Notes under the pieces: model-generated | What the model saw: the letters and a program-made list of their open reading frames with translations, nothing else | What the model was told of the DNA's origin: nothing | The model's database searches: none | From: Trichosphaerium sp. ATCC 40318 | Lineage: Eukaryota > Protista > Tubulinea | Length of the DNA: 64,000 nucleotides | Direction of reading: 5' to 3' | Assembly (NCBI GenBank): GCA_038496445.1 | Contig: JALMLS010000015.1 | Location: forward strand, 558,001-622,000 | Shown: in pieces, positions 11,444-24,269 of the stretch | Numbering within the stretch: position 1 is the stretch's first letter | Layout of the letters: the number at the start of each line of letters is the position of its first letter | Made by a program: the position numbers and the translations under genes

Positions 11444-14400
11444 ATGAGCGACTTGGCGCGTAGGCTGCTTGACATCTTTCCTCAGACGCTAAGCGCAAAT
11501 GATGCAGCGAGACAGCAAGCCGAAAAGGCCCTACATGATTTTTCTGAGATGCCAGGTATTGTAGCATAGGCCCTACTACTGTGAAAGTATATTGTATACG
11601 TCTAAACTAAGTTTTAGGGTTCGGGAAGGCGTTAGTCGAGATCTTTGTTTCTGGCGGGCAAGTTCCTTTACAATACCGTCAAGTAAGCATTCACAATACT
11701 TTGGCCACTTCTAGGCAATTTCTTACGCCAAACGTAGTTTGCGGGAATTTATCTAAAAAAGTTTATCACTGAGCACTGGAGCAATATTGCGAATAAATTC
11801 AGGTATCCAGAGATTCAAGACGCTGAAAAACAAAAAATAAAAGAAATGTTACCACAAGCTATTGGCGACCCAGAAAAAAAGATAAGAACAACAGCAGTAC
11901 GTAGTTTACGTTAACTCAAAAGTGGAAAAAAGAAAAACTTGTGTTTACCGCCAAAAAGGCAATGGTTGTTGCTAGCATTGCTGAATGGGATTGGCCAAAA
12001 CGCTGGGATGGTGTTGTAAAACACTTGGTACAAAGTTTGAAATCAAACAATCCAAACATGGTCTTGGGCGCAGTCTCGTACGTTAAAAAAGCGAAAGAAA
12101 CAAATCTGCAACGCTTTTAATTTTTTTGTGACGTTTTGGACTTCTTTGTTCGTTTTTTTTTCTTGTTGTTTTCGTCAGACGCTTACCACGTGTTTAGTTG
12201 CCTCGATTTTCTTGCAACAGGTGATTATCTTGCTTCTCGTCAGATACCACCTCTTGTGAATATTGTATTCGATCCTTTATTGTCAATACTCAGCGAACAA
12301 GTACGCTTTTGTTGATTTTTTTTTAATTTTTATTAAACTTGCTGATTATTTGTTCTTATAGCAAGCACATCCTCAACTCGTAGCTCCAATGTGGCACGTT
12401 ATGACTGGTATTTTCAGATGGTTTGGTGCATTAGACAAAGATATGCCAGCAGTTGTTATGCAACGACAAGAGTACTGGTAAGATATTTTTTTAATTGGAA
12501 AGAAACAAACTTATTACACGTGACATAACCTGTTTGTCTTTGGCAAGTTAATGACAATTCTTTTTTAGGACAAAATTAATGACTTCATATTTACAACGTG
12601 ATGATATGTCTAATGCTAATTTGGAGATTAAAATCCGAATTATGCAGGTACGTAATAAAACCTAAAGAAGAAGTTGTTTCTTCCAATGATTCGTTCTTTG
12701 AAAAAGCGAGTAATGATTTGCCTTTAGATTATCACGTACTTGATGAAAGATGCCCCTAAAATAGCAAAACCTTTATTACCTTTTTTCATGCCTTACATTT
12801 GGCAAGATTTGGTAAAAGCGCTTCCAGTGTACGGCCAACACTTCTTTTTTTTTCTGAAAACAAAAAAGTATTTGATTTCGTGGAGACGTTCGCGTATAAC
12901 CAATATAGCCACCTTACATTTAATTTAGATATATTAAGACATTTGTTAATGGTGATACAGAAACAAGTGGAACATTTACTACATCTACAGGCGTAAGAAT
13001 AATCACGATCGTCCCTTTTAAAGATTTTTGTTCAAAAAAGGAAGTTACTAATTATATCTTTTTTAGCAAGAATTGAGCTTTGACAGCTATGTTCTTATGA
13101 TCTTAGAAGTACTTCGTATGACTGCTGTCCGCCCTCAATTTAGAAAATTGCTTGGTGCAGAGCACTTAAGCGAATTGCTCGTTCTTATGGGTGGATACAT
13201 GCAAATTACAAATATTCAAGCTGAAGAGTGGTCTAGCGACTTTAATAGATTTGTTGAGGAAGAAGATGATGAATTAATGGCTTACACTGTTAGGTATGTA
13301 ACATTTTACAACACTAACAACAACGAACAAACGCAACAGAGCACACATCTTGTCAAAAAAAAACCAATTCGGACGTTTTTGATTTATTGTTTTATTAGAA
13401 CGTCATGTTGTGCTCTTGTTGGTCAAATTATGATGTATTATGGACCACAAATGTGGACTGTATTGGCTGGCGTTATTGATAAACAGCTAAAAGTAGCACA
13501 ACAACAAAGACAATCAGGTTTCGGTCAATGGTGGAAACTAACAGAGTCACAAATAAGAATCGTAAGTCAGCTGACCAACTTATCACTCTTGCAATTTTTA
13601 CGCCGGCTATTTCTTTTTCTGTACGTAACATTTCATTTAATTATGTTATTTAGGTACACGCTGCTGTCGAAACTGTAGAAGGCCCAAAAATACCTTTTGA
13701 TGTCAACGGATTTGCATCACAAATTTTACTTCCTACAATCAGCTCTAATGCTAATCCACTTATGGTCGGAGGTGCAATGTGGTGTGCTGCAGCAGTTAGT
13801 AAATGGCTTGGAAACGAACAAATTATTCCTTTTGTCCAAGCAGCCAACGTACGTATTCTTGACGTCTGGATGTCACCAGAGTTCTGGTGTATATTTTTTT
13901 GGTTTTGTGTATTCTTTTACTGACTTATTGTTTAATAGAATGCACTTACATCTCCTGACACATCTTATCTACTAAAGATATCAGCATGTCGCGCTTTTTA
14001 CTTTTGGTCTAAACGTGCAGTAACAAACAATAGTGCAAACCTTTTTGACCAGGTACTGTTTCCTTTTCACTAATGTCATCTCCCATTTGATATCTTTCTT
14101 TTGCTTTGTTTGTATTTCTAAATGGCGTCCTGGTGTAACTTGTTTTTTTCTTCGTAGGTTGGTGGTTCCGTATTACCTGCTTTGCTTGAGTTGAGTGCAA
14201 AAGCAAATGATAATGTTCTTCAACTTGTTCTTGATGCTGCTATATATGTCATGAAGACATCACCTTCTGCAGTTACAAAATATGTAGAACCTGTCACAAA
14301 TCACTTGGTAGAAGTTTGGAAGAAGAACCAGAATGATTCTTTACTTACAATCACAATCAAGGTACACAGAAATAAAGAAGTAACAATTTTAAGCGACATT

Positions 14401-16571
14401 TTTCTTGCAAAAAATCCAAAGCAAGTTTTGGCTTGGAGGCGGCTTTATTTATCGTTTATAATTCTTATATGATTTACTAGGATGCTGTTGCAGCTATGGC
14501 TGTTGTACATCAAGTTATACCACAACTTCAAAAGAGCCTTTATCCAGTCATTTCTGATATAGTTAATTCATCAAACAAAGAAACAATCCTTTCTGGAACA
14601 ATGCACACAGCCATCGTACGTTTTCAGTCATATTTTTTTAGGACATTCTTGCAGTGGTTATGGCGAATTCACAGTGGCCAGTTCCTAATGAATATATGAC
14701 CTTGTTTGCTAGAGTATTAGGGTTACTACTTACATCGCAAGACAGCAACGTTGTGGCATCTAGTATTGACTGTAGTATAGTATTCATATCGTACGTGCTT
14801 TTTTTTTGCATACGTTTTATGATTGTCCACTTGTTACTTCATCATCCGCTTATTCTCTTGCCTAGTGGTTGTAAAACACAATTACTCAACTGGAAGGTAG
14901 GAAATGTACCTTTCCCAAGAGTTATTTTACAGATTATCACAAACCTACTAAACCCTTCAAACCGCGAAACACTCGCACATTCAGTTGGTACATAATTTTC
15001 TTTTTGAGGAAAATCTATTTGTAATGTCTTATCCTCCAATCCTTATTCAAGTTGTTATGGTTTCTTTACTGACACTAGTTATTTCTTTAGGTAACTTAAT
15101 TATTAAAGTATTTAAAGACCTGGTAAGCTGACTACGATAAAAGAATTTCATCGTTAAAAAAACAAAACCTAACACGACTCGTCTTTTCAAAATGTTCAGC
15201 TGTGTACTAAAGTATGTTATTTAGGGAGAAGGTCTTGGTCCTGATACTATTGGTGCTATTATGCAATCTTGTATGCAACGCCTTATGACTGCTAAAACAC
15301 CTACATTGATCCAACAAATTATCATTGTTTTTGCAAAGATGATATTGACTCACACTCAAACTTGCCTAAACCTACTTGTCAGCATGAACCTACCAGGAGA
15401 GGGTAATGGCTTACAATTTTTAATGACTAAGTACGTTTAAACGATAGATGCTCGTGCACGCGTGTACCTTCAACCAAAAACAAAAAAAAGCCACACGTGC
15501 ACGAGAAGTAACTTCACAGAAAAATGCACAAGTTTTTCTAAAGTTAGTAAGTTATTAACGGCTTCTGTTTTAGATGGACAGAACTTCATACAGAGTTCTC
15601 TGGTGCTTATCATATTAAGCTCAGTACTGTGGCTCTTGTCACTCTTATGCGAGATGCTGATCCTCGTCTTGAACAAATTGGTGTCAAAGGAACACCAAAT
15701 CCAACAGCAGGAAGAACAACTAGATCAAAAGCTAAAGCAACTATTCCTCTAATTCCACTTCGTGTTAAAATTTTTAAAATATTGGTTATGGAGTTCTTAT
15801 TGGTTCTTGAAGAAGATAACGCACCTGCTGGTACGTTAAAATATACATGGGCAGTACTACTGTAACCCAAAGGCTGTAAAACACAAAACCCATCCTGAGT
15901 TTATGAATATTTTTCGCTTATGATTTCCTTAGATTTATCCTCATCTGATGATGAAGGTGAATTAGATTTAGGATCTATTCCTGATGCAGCTGATGTTTTC
16001 TTGAGTGTTGGTACTTTTGATAATATTGTAGATGTCGGATATGGTATGTAATCGTGCCTTCGTTGTTGTTCTTTTTTTTTTCTTGTTTTTCGATGGTTTT
16101 ACGGTTTGGTTAATATTTTGTCATAGGTAGCTCTGATCCAGCAAAGGCAGCATTTATGGCATCAAATTTGTTTAATGAATTGATTGATGGTAAATTCAAG
16201 TACGGCGCACAACTTCACTCGGTTGAAACCCAAGTTTAAGTACTTATACTTTACACCTAGTGATGACTTGTATGTTGAAGATATTATCGACCCAGAACTA
16301 AAGAATGATCCAATCTACAATATAAATTTAAAGGTAAGCAGCTTATTCTTTATCTTTTGTTCGTTTTTTGATTCCCTGGAACACGTGACACGTAACACGT
16401 GCACGAACCGCACAACTTTATCACCTTTTTCTTCTTTGTTTAATTCTTTCATAGGAATACCTCATCAACTTGTTCCGTGAAGAATCACAAAACCAACAAA
16501 CATTCCCACGTTATGCTGCAAGTCTCACAGACCATGAACGTAGTTTAATCCAAAAAAATTGCTTCCAATGA
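11444..16571 (+). CDS. IPO9: Importin-9 (Kap114-like), more than 20 exons
   Basis: IBN_N region (RQQAEKAL..AGIYLKKFITEHW), IAEWDWPKRW, FVEEEDDE, GRTTRSKAK and acidic C-terminus DPELKNDPIYNINLKEYL. Confidence 0.9.
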
Positions 16572-17149
16572 AATGGGAAAAAAGAAAAAGAAACGAAAGA
16601 TTGAAAGAAAAACCTCTCAAACGCCACAGGGATCCCTGTTATCAACACTTTTTTGTAGACCAAAAAACCTGATAAAATGAGGTGTACCTCTTATGTAAAA
16701 CAGAATGGATTATCAATCTAATGTCTTAGTTATACCTGCATGTTTCCAACAACGATTTTATTATGCAACGTGTTTTATGTAACGTGGTGAAGGCGTTAAT
16801 GAAATGCAGCTTGATTAATGAAGTGAGTTCTCAGAATACGGGGTTTCCTCTGAAGCAGTCATGAAATGTTCCGTGTTACAGATACATCTAGCTTTCATAG
16901 TCTAGCGAGATGGTACCTTAACATAACTTATAAGTTAACATCTGTTTTAATGCCAACGAGATAGTGAGTGGTTTTTTTTCGGCTATTTTCACGTTCTTGT
17001 TAATCTACAATACCGTATTGGTGGCTTGTTGAACGATACGGAGTACCAAATACAGAAAGATTACTTAAAGATTGTTTAAGTTGTAGGTATTATTAGCAAT
17101 ACCCGTGAAACGAAACGTTATTGCTTCAAACAAGCAAAATAGTGATAAA

Positions 17150-17704
17150 ATGAGTCTATTGGAGCTTCCTGTGGAGCTACAGCTTGATATGATGGACTCG
17201 AACGTTAATGCATACATTCTATGGCCTTTACTATCAAAACAAGCGGCATTATGCTCAAGGTTTGATAATTACTTGAACAAACGAGGTAAATGGCTGAGAT
17301 TTAGACGTGGCAAGAAAGTAGCACAAGTTTCCTATTTTAATGGTAAACAAGAAGGAGAAGGAAAATGTTTCTATCAAAGTGGTCAATTACGAAGTCAGTG
17401 TACATATGTTGGAGGAGTTAAACATGGTGAAGAAAAGCGGTGGTTTAGCAATGGACAACTTAATTGTCGTATATTCAATGTGCAAGGTCAGGGTCATGGA
17501 GAAGCAAAATTCTTTTGGTTGCACAATGGGCAATTAAAAAATCACAGTTTTTATGAAAAAGGTCTGAAACAGGGAGAAGATAAATGTTGGTTTGAAAACG
17601 GTCAACTAGAAAGCTTGTGTATTTATAACAAAGGCTATAAAAAAGGTAAACAGATGTATTGGAGCAAAAGTGGTGAACAAAGAAGTGTAATGTGGCTGTC
17701 TTAA
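17150..17704 (+). CDS. Intronless F-box-like + MORN_2 (YwqK-like) repeat protein
   Basis: MSLLELPVELQLDMM followed by 4-5 repeats such as NGKQEGEGKCFYQSGQL, GVKHGEEKRWFSNGQL and GLKQGEDKCWFENGQL. Confidence 0.8.
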   Translation: MSLLELPVELQLDMMDSNVNAYILWPLLSKQAALCSRFDNYLNKRGKWLRFRRGKKVAQVSYFNGKQEGEGKCFYQSGQLRSQCTYVGGVKHGEEKRWFSNGQLNCRIFNVQGQGHGEAKFFWLHNGQLKNHSFYEKGLKQGEDKCWFENGQLESLCIYNKGYKKGKQMYWSKSGEQRSVMWLS

Positions 17705-17719
17705 TTAAGTTGACTTTCA

Positions 17720-17790
17720 ATGACTCTAGTAGAGTTGCCATTAATAAATAATGTTGACGACTAACGCCAGCGATTCTGTCTGATATGTAA
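17720..17790 (+). pseudogene. Short F-box-like relic directly after the MORN gene
   Basis: MTLVELPLINNVDD*RQRFCLICK echoes the N-terminus of 17150-17704. Confidence 0.35.
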
Positions 17791-17978
17791 GCTATATATA
17801 CTTGTAACTTATGTAGATAGACTTAAGTTCAATACCAGTTCTTTGGGGGTATCCCATTTCACAAGCACTGATATTTTTCAAATAAAGTTAACAACAACTT
17901 GTAGGCGTTTTTAATCATGCAATAGCATGTTATAGATTGATTGCACATACATTATTTTCTGTATTATTTGCTTTGTCC

Positions 17979-20499
17979 TCATCTCAAGGACCAAGGTAAT
18001 ACTGCTTTTCTGAAAGGAGGTAAAAAGAATGCAGCAACAAAGAAAAGGATGATCAACTAAAGGAAATAAGAAAGTGAAACATTTTAATAAGTTACCAATA
18101 CGAGTCCACCAACAGTCGCCCCAACAATGATAAGCAGATCACGTCTACTAATACCTCCATTGCAATTATTTGTATTTAACAGTGACAGACTAAATCATGG
18201 ATTACAAGTATACACATGGTAAAATGGAATGAGTACCCTATTGTTGAGTGTCGTAGTCGAGTTTCAACACATTCAGGAGTTGTCTCGTGATTTATCAGTT
18301 CAACGTTTTCGACTCCAGTGATACATAGACATGCAATGGCAATTATAATAGAATCAGAGGATGTATCAAGGCCAGATATATCAATGACGAATGAACTGTT
18401 TGGTTGTATCACTAGGCATCCTATGAAAGCGATTAAGGTTATCCAAGTTAAACCACAAAGAGTTTAACTAGAGTACCTTTTATCAATAAAGTGCTATTAT
18501 CATCTTTAATTACTAATACAACATCACCATTGTTTGTAAAGTCACCTTGAACAGTTGTAGGATTATCAATTATTATGAGTACATTAGGATTCACAACAAT
18601 GTTGCCATTGAACAAACATATATCCATTGTACTGTTACAATCAACGCAATTACCATCAACACACTCAATTGTTGGTAATGTTGGTGCTGCTATATGAAGG
18701 TGAGTTAATGAGGGCAGTTTATGTTTTTCCTTGACTTACAAGTAGGTGTTATGGTTGGTGCTTGTGTTGGTGCTGTTTAATGTTAGAAGACCGGTTGCTT
18801 AATCATTATAACAGACGTACGAAGGCAATTAAATAACATTGTTGAGCTATCCAACAAGAACGCGAACTGCTCTCCAGATATAGGAACAGCAAGTACCTAC
18901 AAACAGCGTATTACTAAACTGCTGATGTGTTTGAAGAAGAAGAAGAAAGAATGACTTACAGTAATAACACAATTATCACTGTCAAACAAACCCTTAACAC
19001 TGCTGAAACCAACCGAGCCACTTGGTGCTTCTATTGATGGACTCTAAAGAGTTTCATTAGTTCCTATTTATTGGGTTTTCTAGATGACGTACAAAGCTGT
19101 AAGGGTAATCCATAAAATCTACCAGAAAAGATTGTTTGACTGACAGAAAGATTGGGACAAAAGTGGATATATAATTGGGCAAAACGCCAACAGGATCGAA
19201 TATGTCTTCAGCGAAACTTGTTTCTGGTGTTGAAATATTCATTGTTGTACAATCGTGAGTAATGGAGTATAGCAGATATGTTCCAAATTGATCAAGAGAT
19301 TGTAACAATAGTGAATTGTCAAATTGGTTGTAAGTCAGACTTATTTCTTCCGGTGCTACACTGAGTGACAGAATACCAATATCAGACTGTTATTGGCTGT
19401 TAGTATAATCGTAGATAGAGGCGCAAAGAGTTATAGCTTACAATGTCTGTGTTAACTATTGCCTTGAATAAGATTTGAGTTAGATTGTCTGGGTTTTGAC
19501 TTGCAAATACAAAACAGCTTTCTGTGACAGCAAGTGCTGCTACCTTTGTTGGTATGTCAACTAGTGTTGTATAAAATTAGTTACAATCAGTACAAGTCCA
19601 ACATACTTGGAGGAACTACAGTTGTATTTGGGTGATCATACACAATAAATATATTAAATTGTAAGCCACTTATACAACTTACTACAACCGCCTCGTTATC
19701 TTGTTGAAAGTCTTTAGTCATGAATAGTTTCGATACAATATAACGTACACTCAAAGGCTGATATAGATTCACGTGGTACACGGAGCAATATTTTTGTCTT
19801 TGTTCGATCCGAAGTCAATGTCTTGAGTAACAATTAATGCGTTACTATAGATGTGTCCCGTACTTTGTTGTGTAGATGTGGTGTCAAATAAGCCATAAGC
19901 AAATCAAAAGTATCTTCATAAACGATTTGAAACTCGTTGTTGCCGGGTGATGTGTGCAAGTTGTTCGGTATTTTGATATCAATATTTGTGCCTCCCGGAA
20001 TGAATAATGGTTCAAAACTGCGCGTTCCGTTGTGCAACTCTAGAGAGCCAAAGAAGATTAGCACATTGAAAAATTTCAGAATTTGAAATTTGTCTGTATC
20101 GCACGTGCCATCTGGGGAAAGTAGAACAACAGATAACCCAAATCCACAAACGAACGTGGTACATAACTCTGTACAACCACAAATCAGAAAATAAAAGCAA
20201 CCTTAAACAAAAAAATGGAAATGGAAAAACGTACCCGCTCTAGCAGCGTAGACATAGTAAAGTTCGCCTGTTTCCATGCGTATCATTGCGATTTCTGGCG
20301 AACCGTCATTGGAAATCGTAGATTCTCCCATATTATCTACCACCGTCACGTTTGTAATATCAGTAGGTGGAATAGGGAGCGTAACTGTTCCAGCAACAGT
20401 AATAACTAAAAAAAACAAAATTATGAGATAGTACGCCTTTGCTGTATTACCTGGCATAAACGACAGCACAGCCACCACTGTGACGATTGAGGCTAACAT
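17979..20499 (-). CDS. Type I surface protein family, paralog A
   Basis: Signal peptide, AMIRMETGELYYVYA, GTRSFEPLFIP, short P/T stalk, Cys-rich membrane-proximal domain, TM, tail RKAVLPWSLR*. About 13 exons. Confidence 0.8.
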
Positions 20500-21144
20500 G
20501 TAGCGATACTAGCGCTGTTATAACAGCGTTGTAGATAATTAAATGAGACCTGTAAGGCTATCTTTACCGTACTACCTCGTAGTAATATTACGGTTTATGT
20601 ACTCATAAAAAACCACCACGCGTGTGATTTACCCGATGCAAATGAATTTTTTTTGAGGTAATTAAAGAGGTTTTGTAACAGACGCAAGTGCTAGAACTAG
20701 CAAGAATTGTCTGATTTGTGTGAAATTCACCATTTGGCACTTAAAGAAGAGTACTTGGCTCAATAGATGTTACTAACTGACAAATACAATGACAGTATCA
20801 CATGATTATCATACTGGTTTATCGGGAAACCCAAATATGTAGAACTTTGACATTTTTTCGACTTTTTTTTCGACATTTTAGTACACCGGTTTATCTTTCC
20901 GAAATAAAAGCGAAAGCACCTGATATAATTTATTATGTAACTAATATATCTGGAAAGTAAGGATCAATTTAGTTATTATTCTGTACCAACGTGTTCAGCT
21001 GTTATAACATTAATACGAACTTACATGCGCCCACTTTCGCTTCTTAGCTGGGCGATAGATACAAATGCTACAACTTACAGATCAATTTATTTTCGCGATA
21101 GTACATGCTTAGATAGTACACCCTTTTCTTTGTTGGAGCATATA

Positions 21145-23813
21145 TTAGTACCCTGATTCTTCTGTTGTTCTCAATGTCCAAGGTAGGATTGACTTTCTTA
21201 CAGAAGGAATAAAGAATACAGAAAAGAAGAAAACGACTACAACCTATAAGAAAAAAGTAAGAAAAAGAAAGACGGGCTTGTTTTACCAATGCGATTGCAC
21301 CAACAGTTACTCCAACAATAATACCTACATTAACACTACTACTACTATCACTACACTTTTCTGTGAGAATCAAAAGAGATAGACTAAATCATAGTTAGAA
21401 TACAAAGAGTCGGTGTTGTTTTAAGTCGTAGGTAGAATGGAAATTATACCCTGTCGTTGATCGTTGTTGTTGAGTTTCAACACATTCATGATTTGTCACG
21501 TTTATGTTTTCCTCTCCAATGATACATGGACTCTCGATAGCTTTGATGACAGTATCCGATGATGTATCAACTCCAGATATATCAATGACGAATGAACTGT
21601 TTGGTTGTATCACTAGGCATCCTACACAGAAATTACCCTGGAGCGGCAGTTATGTGACTTGTAGGACAAAGTCGTTCCCAGTTTATATGAAAATTACCTT
21701 CTACTGTCAACGTGGCACTTTCTTGATCGTCAAAGACCAATACAACATCACCATTGTTTGTAAAGTCGCCTTGAACAACGGTGGGATCACCAAGCGTTAA
21801 GATAACTTCAGGGTTCACAACAATGTTGTCATTAAACGAACACATATCCATTAAACTGGCACAATCAAGGCAAGTACTGTCAACACACTCAATTGTTGTA
21901 TTTACTAATGATACAGGCGCACTTGCTTAATACCAGTTTTAGTTCAGTTACTTTTGTAAAGATTGACGTACGTGCAGCTGTAGTAGGGGTTGCGGTTGGA
22001 GTCACAGGTGCTGATGTTGGAGTCACAGGCGCTAATGTTGGAGTCACAGGTGCTCTTGTAGGTGGTAGCGGCTTAGTCGCTAATAATGGCAGACGTTAAC
22101 ATTTGATAAAAACAATGTACAAGTTACGTATGCAGTCAAAAAGATGTGTTGATGTATCCAAAAAGAAGACATACTGCTCTCCAGAAGTTGGTACAGCAAG
22201 TACCTACAAACATATGAGATAGAGACCAAGTAAACAGTAAGAATTACTTACAGCAATAATGCAATTATCACTATCAAACACTCCTTTTGCTGTGATGAAG
22301 CCAGGAGAAGCGGCATTTACGCTTATCTTTGGATCCTACAACTCTGGTGAACAAGTTCTTGAGCACATTTGGTATAGACGTACCACACTTTCTGGATAAG
22401 AAGAAAGGTCCAATTGAAAATCTTGTGATACTTGATAGATCGAAACAAAGGAAGATACTTGATTGGGAGACACAGCAACAGTGTTGAAAATAACGTCATC
22501 TTGTCTAACATCTATTCGGCTCATGATCACTGAAGCACAATCATGAGTAATGGAGTACAAAAAAAGACCTCCAGAGGCATCAAGAGATTGAAGAAATATT
22601 GAATTGTTGTATTGGTTATACGTCAGAGTTACTTGAATGGGTTGTTCGTCTAGTGATAAAGAACCAATGTCAACCTATTGTTCAGATGTTAGTATGTTCA
22701 ATCCAAAAAGCCAAGTTGAGTTATATTGCATACAATGTCCGTGTTAACTATCGCCTTGAATAAGATTTGAGTTAGATCCTTTGGGTTTTGACTTGCAAAT
22801 ACAAAACATTCTTCTGTCACAGCAAGTGCTGCTACCTTTGTAGGTATTTCAACTAGTATTGTATTAATTAGGTTGCAACCTACGCAAGTCCAACATACTT
22901 GGAATGATTACAGTAGCTGTTGTGGGATCGTTGTATACAATGAATATATTGTACAAAAAGCCTGTTAGGCTTACTGTAATACCACTTACCACCAAGTCCT
23001 CGTTATCTTTTTGAATATCATTTTTAGATTTTTTCAGGAATAGCTATTTAATAATGGAACGTACACTCAAGAGTTGATATAGATGTAATTGCTTCTGTTA
23101 ATGTTTCACTCTTTGTTGGATTTAATGTAATCGTCTTAACAACTTGTGAGTAATACGGATATTGAGCTGTTTCATACTTTGTTGCTTAGATGTGGTGTCA
23201 AATAATCCACTTGTAAGTTATTACCCCTTTTGGAAACGACTTGAAACTCGCTGTTTCCTGGCGATGTATGTAAATTATTGCACAGTGTGAAAGTAACATC
23301 ATCGTCTGCAGCTCCAATGAATAGTGGCTCAAAACTCCGTGTTCCGTCGCGCAATTCTAAAGCACATAAGTGTATTTTAAACTTTTTTTTATACGTGCCT
23401 TTTGGCGAAACGACAACAACTGCAATACCAAAGTCGCTGATTAACGCGGTATCAACCTCTACAAAATTACACTCAGGGTTTAAAATAACAACAAACAGAT
23501 CCGGGTGAACTTGTAGAACAAGAGACAAATAAAAAGTTTAACTAAAACTGAACTTGGTACACGTACTCGCTTTGGTAGCATACACATAGTAAAGTTCTCC
23601 AGTTTCCATGCGTATAGTAGCAATATCTGGAGACCCATCATTAGAAATATCCTTTGACATTGTTATATTGACCGCGTCAATAAATGGGACGTCATTAATA
23701 GTACCACCGGCAATAGTACAAACTAAAAGGATTAAATTATGTATTCCTCCATTTCGCCGCGTACCTGGCATAAACAATACTACAATCACGAATGCGTTGA
23801 TTAATGATAGCAT
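21145..23813 (-). CDS. Type I surface protein family, paralog B
   Basis: Same exon series and motifs; stalk of PVTPTxA repeats; tail RKSILPWTLRTTEESGY*. Confidence 0.8.
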
Positions 23814-24269
23814 TGTAGTAAAAAAGAGCTTTTCACAAAGTGTTACTGAAGTAAAGTACAAAAACAGGTGCTAATGAACAAGAAGTTAAAAAAAACGTGT
23901 TTCCAAGCGGTTTAATACGTTGTAACCCAAAGACTTACTTAATTAAGAAAAAAGAGCATTCACGTGATTTAAAAAAATGTTCGTTCGCTTGCCTAAACCA
24001 CTCGACTGGTGTGATATTTTTTTGACGAGATATGCCAAACAAAGTAAAAGTAAAACTATTTTCTTATTGTAAGGGCAGCGCCCTCTAAGTTTATCACATT
24101 TTCTTATTTTCTGATTTTAAACCATTGAGCGTGACTCAGTCACGTGCTTTAGAAAATTACCCTTCCATTAACAGTAATTTAAGTTTGTGTTGCGTTTTTA
24201 ATTTCATCGTTACATGACGTTTTAAACAATTTTGGTAGCGCTCGCTTTTTTTCTGTACAATGTAGTTCA

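Noticed and set aside
21995-22053. Direct repeats resembling a CRISPR or satellite array
   Set aside because: They are 21-bp coding repeats of the P/T stalk of paralog B, with no spacers or cas genes.
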